Positions 29,020-37,697 of a stretch of 64,000 nucleotides of DNA are shown piece after piece (the first letter of the stretch is position 1; each line of letters starts with the position of its first letter). The DNA lies in assembly GCA_045120395.1 (NCBI GenBank), contig JBGVET010000026.1:5691-69690 (forward strand). The letters are read 5' to 3'. The DNA comes from Candidatus Limimorpha sp. Its GTDB lineage: Bacteria; Bacteroidota; Bacteroidia; Bacteroidales; F082. Under the pieces are notes generated by a model. It ran no database searches. It had not been told where the DNA came from and worked only from the letters and a program-made list of their open reading frames with translations. A program made the translations under genes and the position numbers.

Positions 29020-30156
29020 ATGTTGTTTTCTCAGATTATAGGTCACGAAGACATTAAGAAAAAACTCATACAGAGCGTAAAGGAAAATCGTATTGCCCAT
29101 GCGCAGTTGTTCTTGGGTCCGGAAGGAACAGGGAAACTCGCATTGGCAATCGCCTATGCGCAGTATATCAATTGTACCAACAAAGGAGAAAACGACAGCT
29201 GCGGAGAATGTCCTTCATGCAGAAAATTCAACAACCTGGCACATCCCGACTTACATTTTATTTTTCCTTCAACGACAAATAAAAATATCAAGAAGGACCC
29301 AGAATCGGATCTCTTCTTGACAGAATGGCGTGAATATCTGGAGTCGTGCGATTGCTACGCCAACCTTTCAAATTGGCATAACGTACTGGATGCTGAAAAC
29401 AAACAAGGACTCATCAACGTACGTGACGCTTCTACAATAATAAGAAAGTTAAACCTAAAGACTTACGAGTCAGAATACAAAGTAGCTATAATTTGGATGG
29501 CAGAAAGACTTAATATCGAAGCTGCCAACAAGCTACTCAAATTATTAGAAGAACCACCAGAGAAAACCTTATTTATCCTAGTATCGGAAAATCAAGAGGA
29601 ATTACTTATGACGATACGTTCTCGTACCGTCTTGATGAAGATTCCTAAACTATCATATAACGAAGTCAGAGACGCACTCGCAAAGAAGTACAACTGCAAT
29701 GCTGAAACGATTCATAACGCAGCAGTCTTATCAGATGGCAACTGGATTCTGGCGAACAACTACATCGACAATCAAGATGATGAGAAGATATATTTCACTT
29801 GTTTCCAGAAATGGATGCGCTACTGCTTCAAATTCAGCGCACCCGAACTCATCGACTTTATCGCCAACGACATAAAACCTCTTGGTAGAGAGAAACAAAA
29901 GGAGTTCCTTGCATACGGACTCAACATATTCCATAATGCCTTGTTTATCAACAATGGCTTGATGAACAACGTATTACTTCCAGAAGATGAAAAAGCCTTC
30001 TTGAAAAACTTCGCTCCTTTCATTTCAAACAACAACATCGACTTGATCACAGAGCTGTTTGAAGAAAGCATAAACCAGATAGAACGCAATGGCAATGCTT
30101 CTTTGATATTCCTTGACGACAGCTTTAAGATTTTTAACTATTTCAAAATGAAGTGA
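29020..30156 (+). CDS. holB: DNA polymerase III subunit delta-prime
   Basis: HAQLFLGPEGTGKLALAIAYAQYINC, Zn module CGECPSCRKF, SRT-like TIRSRT. Confidence 0.85.
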   Translation: MLFSQIIGHEDIKKKLIQSVKENRIAHAQLFLGPEGTGKLALAIAYAQYINCTNKGENDSCGECPSCRKFNNLAHPDLHFIFPSTTNKNIKKDPESDLFLTEWREYLESCDCYANLSNWHNVLDAENKQGLINVRDASTIIRKLNLKTYESEYKVAIIWMAERLNIEAANKLLKLLEEPPEKTLFILVSENQEELLMTIRSRTVLMKIPKLSYNEVRDALAKKYNCNAETIHNAAVLSDGNWILANNYIDNQDDEKIYFTCFQKWMRYCFKFSAPELIDFIANDIKPLGREKQKEFLAYGLNIFHNALFINNGLMNNVLLPEDEKAFLKNFAPFISNNNIDLITELFEESINQIERNGNASLIFLDDSFKIFNYFKMK

Positions 30157-30722
30157 TGAAGAATATTAGCAAGATTTCTTTAGCTTTGTTAAGCGGCCTT
30201 TTGATTGCAGCATCATGGCCGACCTCAGGTTTTACACCTTTGATTTTCATCGCTTTCGTTCCACTGATTTTTTTAGAAGACTACAAGTCAACAAGACAAC
30301 AAGACAACAAGAGAGATGGTATTTTCGGTCTTTCGTTTTTGACGTTTTTGGTGTGGAACTCACTAACAACGTGGTGGGTTTGGAACAGCACTCCAGCAGG
30401 TTCCATCACTATGATATTGCTCAACAGCACCTTCATGGCGATGACATTCTGGCTTTATCATATCACAAGAAAAAAGATATTTCATAACAAAGGTGGATTT
30501 TTCCTTCTGATATTATTTTTCTTAGCCTTTGAGAACCTGCATCTTACATGGCAGCTCAACTGGCCTTGGCTCAACATAGGAAACGTATTCTCACATAACC
30601 ACACCTGGGTTCAATGGTACGAGTTCACCGGAACAGCAGGCGGAACAATCTGGGTCTTGCTTGCTAACATACTAGCGTATAAAGCTATAAAATCTCAGAA
30701 ACTCAGAAACTCAACAACTTAG
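30156..30722 (+). CDS. lnt: apolipoprotein N-acyltransferase, N-terminal membrane fragment (gene disrupted at octamer repeat)
   Basis: ATG overlaps holB TGA; multiple TM helices; ends KSQKLRNSTT* inside AATCTCAG/AAACTCAG array. Confidence 0.7.
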   Translation: MKNISKISLALLSGLLIAASWPTSGFTPLIFIAFVPLIFLEDYKSTRQQDNKRDGIFGLSFLTFLVWNSLTTWWVWNSTPAGSITMILLNSTFMAMTFWLYHITRKKIFHNKGGFFLLILFFLAFENLHLTWQLNWPWLNIGNVFSHNHTWVQWYEFTGTAGGTIWVLLANILAYKAIKSQKLRNSTT

Positions 30723-30784
30723 CAATCCCTCAAATCCTACTCTTCCTTGCTGTTGTTATCATTCCTATAATTGTAAGTAAGATA

Positions 30785-31741
30785 ATGTATCATTCTTATG
30801 AAGAGAAAGGAGAAGCAGTAGAAGTCGTTGTTGCACAACCTAATATAGACCCATGGAAAGAGGAATTCCGTCTTAGAGCATCTGAGATTTTAAATCGTAA
30901 CTTCGGCGTTGCAGAGCCACTTATAACAGAAAACACACGTTTTGTTGTAAGTCCAGAATCGACCATTCATGAAAGTATCTGGTTGGAAAAGATAAAATTC
31001 TATCGTTCTATAAACGAGTCTAAACTTTTTTCAAGGAACAATAACATTACATATATCGTAGGAGCTAGCACTTTAGGAATGGCATACGACAAAGACGACT
31101 TCGCAGCGCGTAAGTTCCACGATGCAGACGAATATTACTACTCATATAACACAGCCTTGTCTATCAACGACACCGCTGACATTCAGATACATCAGAAGTC
31201 GAGGCTGACACCTGGCGTCGAGATGATGCCATCGTGGTGGTTCCTGCGACCTATTAAAAATCTCGCCATTGACTTAGGCGGAACAGTAGGTACATTAAAG
31301 TCAGAAGATACGGTGACAGTGTTTGATTACGGAAGATATAAAGTAGCTCCAATGATATGTTACGAGTCAGTCTTTGGTGGTTATGTCACTGATTTTGTAA
31401 GAAATGGAGCTAACATGATATTTGTCATCACCAACGACGGATGGTGGGGCGACACACCAGGTCACAGGCAGCATTTCGAGATGTCGAAGCTTCGTGCCAT
31501 CGAGAACCGTCGTAGCGTAGCACGTTCTGCCAACACCGGCATCTCAGGCTTCATCAATCAGAGAGGCGACGTTGTTGAATGTAGCAACTACTGGGAGCCA
31601 ACTGCACTACGCAACACTATAAATGTCAATGACGAGATGACTTTCTATTCGCGTCATGGCGATTATATTTATAGAGCTGCTTCTTTCATAGCAATACTCG
31701 TCTTATGTTTCACTTTCGTAATATCAATAAAAAAGAAATGA
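30785..31741 (+). CDS. lnt: apolipoprotein N-acyltransferase, C-terminal CN-hydrolase fragment (frame open from 30683)
   Basis: CN-hydrolase E-K-C pattern: VVAQPNIDPWKEEF, HQKSRLTPGVE, MICYESVF; C-terminal TM. Confidence 0.75.
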   Translation: MYHSYEEKGEAVEVVVAQPNIDPWKEEFRLRASEILNRNFGVAEPLITENTRFVVSPESTIHESIWLEKIKFYRSINESKLFSRNNNITYIVGASTLGMAYDKDDFAARKFHDADEYYYSYNTALSINDTADIQIHQKSRLTPGVEMMPSWWFLRPIKNLAIDLGGTVGTLKSEDTVTVFDYGRYKVAPMICYESVFGGYVTDFVRNGANMIFVITNDGWWGDTPGHRQHFEMSKLRAIENRRSVARSANTGISGFINQRGDVVECSNYWEPTALRNTINVNDEMTFYSRHGDYIYRAASFIAILVLCFTFVISIKKK

Positions 31742-32700
31742 TAACCTTAAGTTTAGCCCCATTTCAAGGCATCACCGATGCGGTATATCGCAACCTTTTC
31801 AAGGAATATTTCAGTGGAATAGATAAGTTCTACACTCCATTCTTCACTGGCATCCACAAAGAAAACAGCAGAAGCCTGAGAGGCGAAGAGATTGACATCA
31901 ACTTCAACGATGTCAACACTTTAACGCCACAGATACTTGGCAACGACGCTGAGGAGATAATACGCTTCGCCAACCAATGTCAGATGATGGGCTACAAGGA
32001 AATCAACCTTAACATGGGCTGCCCTTTCCCAAGAGTAGCCAACAAGACAAGAGGCTGCGGTCTCATGGCAGAGCCTCAGAAAGTGAGAGAGATTTTTGAT
32101 AAGGTATTCAACAATATTGATATAAAATTCAGTCTTAAATGCCGTCTCGGTTATTTCAAAGACACTGAGATTGACGAGCTTATCGACAGCTTCAACGACT
32201 ATCCTTTCAGCGAGATCATCATTCATCCAAGAATAGGAAAACAGCTTTACACTGGCAACGCCGACGTGGACAGATTCGCTGAGATAGCTCCGCTCATCAA
32301 ACGCCCTTTGGTTTATAACGGCGACATCTTCTCTGTCGATGACTTCAAACGCATCAGCGAGAAACTACCTTCAGTGTCGATGTTTATGCTCGGCAGAGGC
32401 TTGTTAACCAATCCGTTCCTCGCCGATGAGATAAAAGGAAAGACATTCGACGATGAAGAAAGAAAGAAGAAACTGCATCACTTCATAGTATCGCTTTATC
32501 TTGAAAGACTACGTCACGCTGGCGGAAGCCCTAAGATCATTGGCTGCATGAAAGAACTCTGGTCGTATCTGATGAACTCCTTTGAAGACCCACAAAATAT
32601 CTGGAGAAAGGTGAAGAAAATAAACAACTTAGATGTTTATGAAGAAACAGTGGAGTTGATATTCAGAGACGAAAAACTTAAGTCAATTCATAATGCATAA
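31738..32700 (+). CDS. tRNA-dihydrouridine synthase family protein
   Basis: ATGA overlap with lnt stop; LAPFQGITDAVYRNLF, INLNMGCPFPRVANKTRGCGLM. Confidence 0.8.
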   Translation: MITLSLAPFQGITDAVYRNLFKEYFSGIDKFYTPFFTGIHKENSRSLRGEEIDINFNDVNTLTPQILGNDAEEIIRFANQCQMMGYKEINLNMGCPFPRVANKTRGCGLMAEPQKVREIFDKVFNNIDIKFSLKCRLGYFKDTEIDELIDSFNDYPFSEIIIHPRIGKQLYTGNADVDRFAEIAPLIKRPLVYNGDIFSVDDFKRISEKLPSVSMFMLGRGLLTNPFLADEIKGKTFDDEERKKKLHHFIVSLYLERLRHAGGSPKIIGCMKELWSYLMNSFEDPQNIWRKVKKINNLDVYEETVELIFRDEKLKSIHNA

Positions 32701-32723
32701 TGCATAATTCATAATTAAAATTG

Positions 32724-32775
32724 GTAGAGACGCGTCAATGTAACCTAAAATATAAACACACATTGACACGTCTAA
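32724..32775. repeat. palindromic element of the GTAGAGACG..TCAATG family (copy P1)
   Basis: AGACGCGTCAATGT ... ACATTGACACGTCT arms; related to 33979-34030, 46922-46972, 52983-53034. Confidence 0.7.
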
Positions 32776-32813
32776 CAGTTCTTAGTTCAACAGTTTTAGT
32801 TCTTAGTTAAAAC

Positions 32814-33947
32814 ATGAAAATACTCGTAATTCGTTTTAGTTCAATAGGTGACATAGTGCTGACCACACCAGTGATTCGTTGTCTGAAGAATCAGATTGAC
32901 AAGGTGGAGATTCATGTTCTTACAAAAAAGAAGTTCAGCAGTCTGTACAAGACAAATCCTTATATTAATAAGGTATACGAATACGACAATTCATTAAAGA
33001 AAAACATAGAAGAACTAAAACTCGAAAATTACGATTATATAGTTGATTTACAGAAGAACAAAAGAAGCTTAAGAGTCACACGCGCTTTACACAAACCACA
33101 TAGTTCTTTCCCGAAACTCAATTTCAAGAAGTTCTTGCTCACGACTTTCAAAATAAACCTCATGCCCGACATTCATATCGTCGACAGATATTTCAAAGCC
33201 GTTGAGAAATTAGGAGTAAAAAATGACTATCAAGGCCTTGACTTTTTTATATCAGAAAAAAATGATTATCCTTTGAGTGAACTACCAGAAAATTTTCAAG
33301 AAGGATATCACGCTTTCGTCATCGGGGGAACTTATAAAACCAAGATACTTCCTGCAGTAAAAATCGTTGAAATAATTCAGAAGTTAAACGAGCCAGTCAT
33401 ACTTCTCGGAGGTCCTGATGACGTGGAGAGAGCGAATGAGATTTTATCTAAAATCTCAAAATCTCAAAATCTCAGAATCTCAGAATCTCAAAATCTCAGA
33501 ATCTCAGAATCTCAAAATCTCAGAATCTCAGAATCTCAGAATCTCAAAATCTCAAATCCTCAGAATCTCAGAATCTCAAAATCTCAAATCCTCAGAATCT
33601 CAGAATCTCAGCAACTCATAAGTTTAGTCGGCAAGATAAATCTGGAGCAGTCTGCTTCTATTGTGAAAAAGGCGAAGTCTGTCTTGACAAACGACACTGG
33701 TTTGATGCACATCGCTGCTGCGTTTCATAAAAACATCGTCTCCGTATGGGGCAACACAGTCCCTGAACTTGGCATGTATCCATATCTTCCAAAAGAAAAA
33801 GAGAAATGTCATATCGTCGAATGTAAAGACGTTAAATGCCGTCCTTGCAGCAAGTTAGGGTTTAAGGAATGTCCAAGAAAACATTTCAACTGCATGATGA
33901 AAATCGATTGCGACACCGTTGTTGAAAGGCTAAAGGCTAAGGGCTAA
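32814..33947 (+). CDS. glycosyltransferase family 9 (LPS heptosyltransferase-like) with internal octamer-repeat insertion
   Basis: MKILVIRFSSIGDIVLTTPVIRCLK; C-terminal LTNDTGLMHIAAAF; repeat-encoded SQNLRISE run in between. Confidence 0.8.
   Translation: MKILVIRFSSIGDIVLTTPVIRCLKNQIDKVEIHVLTKKKFSSLYKTNPYINKVYEYDNSLKKNIEELKLENYDYIVDLQKNKRSLRVTRALHKPHSSFPKLNFKKFLLTTFKINLMPDIHIVDRYFKAVEKLGVKNDYQGLDFFISEKNDYPLSELPENFQEGYHAFVIGGTYKTKILPAVKIVEIIQKLNEPVILLGGPDDVERANEILSKISKSQNLRISESQNLRISESQNLRISESQNLKISNPQNLRISKSQILRISESQQLISLVGKINLEQSASIVKKAKSVLTNDTGLMHIAAAFHKNIVSVWGNTVPELGMYPYLPKEKEKCHIVECKDVKCRPCSKLGFKECPRKHFNCMMKIDCDTVVERLKAKG
33452..33611. repeat. 20 tandem units of octamer AATCTCAR inside the GT9 ORF
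   Basis: Counted by eye: AATCTCAA/AATCTCAG (two ATCCTCAG variants), 160 nt; all three forward frames stay open across it. Confidence 0.9.
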
Positions 33948-33978
33948 GGGTTAAAGTCCCTACAATTCCTAATTAATA

Positions 33979-34030
33979 AGACGCATCAACGACATATTAT
34001 TTATTTTTAAATGTGTCGATATGTCTCTAC
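33979..34030. repeat. palindromic element (copy P2, reverse orientation, degenerate)
   Basis: AGACGCATCAACGACAT ... ATGTGTCGATATGTCTCTAC. Confidence 0.55.
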
Positions 34031-34075
34031 TCCTTTATCTTGTTGTCTTAGAGACTCTGTGTCTCAGTGACTTAT

Positions 34076-34165
34076 TTTTGGGCGTTCCGGCAAAGCCGTC
34101 GGGCTTTCCGCTATATCTTTTTCCGCTGCGCTCCAAAAGGATGCCGCTCCAATCCCTAACGCTTC
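34076..34165 (-). repeat. ~92-bp dispersed element, copy A (reverse orientation)
   Basis: Reverse complement nearly identical to 39706-39800: GCGTTAGGGATTGGAGCGGCATCCTTTTGGAGCGCAGCGGAAAAAGATATAGCGGAAAGCCCGACGG...GGAACGCCCAAAA. Confidence 0.85.
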
Positions 34166-34179
34166 CATCCTATTATAAA

Positions 34180-34247
34180 AATTCAAAATCTCAAAAACTC
34201 AGAAACTCAAAAATTTTGAGGTTTTGAAGTTCTGAATTTCTGAGATT
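34180..34247. repeat. octamer (AAWCTCAR) array arranged as a long imperfect palindrome
   Basis: AAAATTCAAAATCTCAAAAACTCAGAAACTCAAAAATTTTGAGGTTTTGAAGTTCTGAATTTCTGAGATT. Confidence 0.75.
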
Positions 34248-34335
34248 CTAAAAAGTCACATAGTGACAACAGACAATAGCTTTAGTTCATATAAAATTTC
34301 TCTAAAACATTATCCTTTCATTTCTGTTTTTTTAT

Positions 34336-34343
34336 TACTTTTG
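34336..34343 (+). promoter_or_regulatory. candidate -7 box TACTTTTG for the Hdr-like operon
   Basis: TAnnTTTG match 68 nt upstream of ATG 34411. Confidence 0.4.
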
Positions 34344-34410
34344 CGTTCGTTTTAAAAATAGTAAACATTTTTACTATATATTATTTTACTTAATAAAAAC
34401 AACAGAATCT

Positions 34411-35133
34411 ATGTCGTCAGACACATTATATAAAGGACATCTTTACGAGAAATTACAGGAAGACTATCGCATCAAGGAAGGCTTGAAAGCCTGCATGAAC
34501 TGCGGAGTTTGTACTGCCGTTTGTCCTGCAGCAGAGTTTTATAAATATAATCCGAAGAATATCGTCAATATCGTTCAGCGTAAGGACGAGGACGAACTTG
34601 AAGCATTATTGAAAAGCGACACTATCTGGTACTGCGGCGAGTGCATGTCGTGCGTCACACGCTGTCCTCGCGGCAACGCCCCTGGTCTCATCATCATGGC
34701 ATTACGCAAACTAGCGATGCTGACCGGATATTACATGGAATCGGAGAAGGGACGTCAGCAATATATCTTAGTTAAAGACCTATGTGGCAACATCCTCAAT
34801 CACGGATATTGCATCTATCCTCGTAACTTCAGCTACGACGAGCACAAGGAATTCGGCACTGTCGGCAAATGGATAAATGAAAACCTCGACGACATACATC
34901 AACGTATGGGTTCCAACCTCGATGGCGACGGTCCAGGCGGACTGCGTAAGATTCCACAAGAGAGCCTCGACCAACTGAAAAACATCTTCGACGTGACAGG
35001 CGCGACAGAGCTGATGAACAAAGTCATCGACGACGCTCATCGTCAAGCAGAGAAAGAAAACCTTAGCGACGAAGAGTATTTCAAAAAGGTTTATACAGTC
35101 AACAATAATGAAAAACACCTTAACAACGGATAA
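34411..35133 (+). CDS. 4Fe-4S dicluster protein, HdrC-like
   Basis: CMNCGVCTAVCP and CGECMSCVTRCP cluster motifs. Confidence 0.75.
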   Translation: MSSDTLYKGHLYEKLQEDYRIKEGLKACMNCGVCTAVCPAAEFYKYNPKNIVNIVQRKDEDELEALLKSDTIWYCGECMSCVTRCPRGNAPGLIIMALRKLAMLTGYYMESEKGRQQYILVKDLCGNILNHGYCIYPRNFSYDEHKEFGTVGKWINENLDDIHQRMGSNLDGDGPGGLRKIPQESLDQLKNIFDVTGATELMNKVIDDAHRQAEKENLSDEEYFKKVYTVNNNEKHLNNG

Positions 35134-35135
35134 TC

Positions 35136-36206
35136 ATGATAGTTGAAGGAAAGCAAAAAATTTGGGCAGATTATCAGAAAGATATTCCTGACGATCATTA
35201 CTTCTACGTAAGAAGCTGCATCCGTCAGTCGTTCTTCCCAGCATCGGAAGTGACATTTTTAGATATCACAAGAAATAAGTTAGGCAAAGACTTTTACGAG
35301 AGTGCCTACCACACCACATGCGGCGGCATCGCATATCACAGCGACAGCATCCCACAAGAGACTGCCATGACCATCATAGCACGTCAGTTTGCACTTATGC
35401 ACGAAAGCGGCTACGAGAACTATGTCTGCTCATGCATCACCTCATTCGGTTGTTATACCGAGACCTTAGAGACATGGCACGAGTTTCCTGAGTTGGAAGC
35501 CAAGATTCGTCAATATCTCTGGGACTCATGCAAGAAAGAATTCGCGAAGCCAAAATATCTCGCTCACGCCAGCGACATCATCTATAAATTCCGTCACGAG
35601 ATTGCGAAGCAAGCCAAATATAAACTCGTCAATGTCAAGACAGGAAGACCTCTTAAAGTAGTTGAACACATCGGCTGTCATTATGCCAAGATGTTCCCTT
35701 CCAAAGGCTTCGGCGGCGCGGAATATCCACACGTACTTGCCGGCATGATAGAAGCCTGGGGCGGCGAAGTCGTCGACTACCCAGAACGCCGTCAGTGCTG
35801 CGGCTTCGGATTCCGTCAGTATTTCATACAAGCCAACCGCGGATACTCATTATCCAACACATATAAGAAATTCGAGTCTATGGAGCCATACGAACCCGAC
35901 TTGATAATCACCAACTGTCCTGGCTGCCCTTACTTCCTCGACCGCTGGCAATATGTCATCGCAGAACAGACTGGTAAGACATACGGCAAGAACGGCTACG
36001 GAATACCAGCCCTCACCTACGAAGAAGTGGCAGGTCTCGTCATGGGTTATAACCCTTGGGACTTAGGATTACAGATGCACCAAGTGGCAATAGAACCTTT
36101 ATTGGAAAAAATGGGAATAGAATACGACCCTAAAGCTAAATACAAAGGCGTCAACAATAAAGAACTTGGAACACCAATAAATCCAATAAACATAAAATTA
36201 CAATAA
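35136..36206 (+). CDS. CCG-domain protein, heterodisulfide reductase subunit B-like
   Basis: Cys-rich CCG motifs (QCCGFGF, CPGCPYF); follows HdrC-like gene by 2 nt. Confidence 0.7.
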   Translation: MIVEGKQKIWADYQKDIPDDHYFYVRSCIRQSFFPASEVTFLDITRNKLGKDFYESAYHTTCGGIAYHSDSIPQETAMTIIARQFALMHESGYENYVCSCITSFGCYTETLETWHEFPELEAKIRQYLWDSCKKEFAKPKYLAHASDIIYKFRHEIAKQAKYKLVNVKTGRPLKVVEHIGCHYAKMFPSKGFGGAEYPHVLAGMIEAWGGEVVDYPERRQCCGFGFRQYFIQANRGYSLSNTYKKFESMEPYEPDLIITNCPGCPYFLDRWQYVIAEQTGKTYGKNGYGIPALTYEEVAGLVMGYNPWDLGLQMHQVAIEPLLEKMGIEYDPKAKYKGVNNKELGTPINPINIKLQ

Positions 36207-36267
36207 AGCCTGAAAGGCTTAAATATATATAACGGATGGCATCGCCATACGGCTAACACATGCAACT

Positions 36268-37281
36268 ATGAAAGACCATAAAATACTCATCATCGGCGCA
36301 GGTCCTGCAGGACTAGAGACAGCTCATCAGCTGAAAAGCCTCGGACTCACTCCTATCATCATCGAGAGAAGCGACAAGATAGGCGGACATCTTGCACAAT
36401 GGGATAGACTTTTCCCTTCAAGCGACAATGCCGAAGAGCTTCTCGAAAGATTAAAAGAACAAGTGAAAGACGTCGAGATTAAGTTAAATTCTCGTATCAG
36501 TAATATAGAAAAAGAAGGCGATATATTCCATGTAACGCTTTCTAACAACAAGACTTACGACGTATCAGCAGTCGTCGTCTGCACAGGCTTCGACCTTTTC
36601 AAAGCAGAGAAGAAACAAGAATACGGCTACGGCATTTACAATAATGTCATCACCAATGCCGAATTAGAAAAATATTTCAAGACACATCAGGACGAACGCA
36701 TCGACGAGCCAAAACGCATCGGCTTTGTGCATTGCGTAGGTTCGAGAGACGTGAAAGTCAACAACACTTATTGTTCTAAAGTTTGTTGCGCTACAGCTTT
36801 GAAGCAAGCCTGCGAGATAAAAGACGAATTCCCTGATGCCGATGTCTATTGTTTCTATATGGACTTACGTATGTTCGGCAAAGGCTACGAAGACCTTTAT
36901 CTCAAGGCACAGAAAGACTTCGACATCAAATGTGTGAGAGGACGCGTCTGTGAGGTGTCAGAAAACATCGAAGGCAAACTCGTCATCAAGGCTGAAGACA
37001 CTTTACTAGGAACACCGATGAAAATGACTTTGGATTTATTGGTGCTGATGTGCGGCATGGAGAAATCCGAAGGCGTTGAGAGAATACAGAACATGCTCAA
37101 CATCAAGAGTAACAGCGACGGTTTCATCGAGAGCCGCGACATCTTCACTGGCTTGAACCTCACCAAAGAAAGAGGCGTCTTCGTGGCAGGAGCTTGCACC
37201 TCACCAAAGACATTGCCAGAGACATTGGCAGAAGCACGCTCCGCCGCAGTGGAAGTGTTTCAATATTTAGTTAGGAGTTAG
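36268..37281 (+). CDS. FAD-dependent oxidoreductase, HdrA-like
   Basis: ILIIGAGPAGLETA dinucleotide fold; YCSKVCCATALKQA as in HdrA-type proteins. Confidence 0.7.
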   Translation: MKDHKILIIGAGPAGLETAHQLKSLGLTPIIIERSDKIGGHLAQWDRLFPSSDNAEELLERLKEQVKDVEIKLNSRISNIEKEGDIFHVTLSNNKTYDVSAVVVCTGFDLFKAEKKQEYGYGIYNNVITNAELEKYFKTHQDERIDEPKRIGFVHCVGSRDVKVNNTYCSKVCCATALKQACEIKDEFPDADVYCFYMDLRMFGKGYEDLYLKAQKDFDIKCVRGRVCEVSENIEGKLVIKAEDTLLGTPMKMTLDLLVLMCGMEKSEGVERIQNMLNIKSNSDGFIESRDIFTGLNLTKERGVFVAGACTSPKTLPETLAEARSAAVEVFQYLVRS

Positions 37282-37359
37282 GAGTTAGGAATTAGGAGTT
37301 AAAGGTTCAAAGTTAAAAGTTCAGAGTTCAGAGTTCAAAGTTCAAAGTTCAAAGTTCAA
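37267..37359. repeat. TTAGGAG heptamer then AGTTCARAG word array filling an intergenic spacer
   Basis: TTAGTTAGGAGTTAGGAGTTAGGAATTAGGAGTTAAAGGTTCAAAGTTAAAAGTTCAGAGTTCAGAGTTCAAAGTTCAAAGTTCAAAGTTCAA; overlaps last codons of upstream gene. Confidence 0.85.
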
Positions 37360-37361
37360 CC

Positions 37362-37697
37362 ATGATTGATTTCGGTTTCAGCATATCAAAGAGTTCGCAC
37401 ATCATGATGGATGATGTCGACATGAAATTATTTAACAAGTTGGAAACATTAAATCCAGACATAAAGACTTGCATGGCTTGCGGCTTATGCACAGCCACTT
37501 GTACAGCTGGCAGGTTCACCGATGTCAGTTTCCGACAGATAATCCTGATGTTACAACGCGGCAAGGAAAAAGAAGCCGTGGAGAAAGTCAAGAAATGTAT
37601 GATGTGCGGGAAATGCATGTTGGTATGCAGTCGCGGCATCAACACAAGAAACATATTACTTTCAATAACAAGAATTTATAACGAGCAAAATATATGA
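37362..37697 (+). CDS. 4Fe-4S dicluster protein (small HdrC-like)
   Basis: CMACGLCTATCTAG and CMMCGKCMLVCSRG. Confidence 0.65.
   Translation: MIDFGFSISKSSHIMMDDVDMKLFNKLETLNPDIKTCMACGLCTATCTAGRFTDVSFRQIILMLQRGKEKEAVEKVKKCMMCGKCMLVCSRGINTRNILLSITRIYNEQNI

Noticed and set aside
33452-33611. Tandem 8-nt repeats (and the other word arrays) considered as a CRISPR array
   Set aside because: The units are 7-8 nt and directly abutting, with no unique spacers. No cas genes are present. The array lies inside an intact ORF.
34021-34227. 68-aa ORF, and likewise 49569-49751 and 33418-33621
   Set aside because: These are translations of the 92-bp dispersed element or of the octamer array, read through non-coding repeats.
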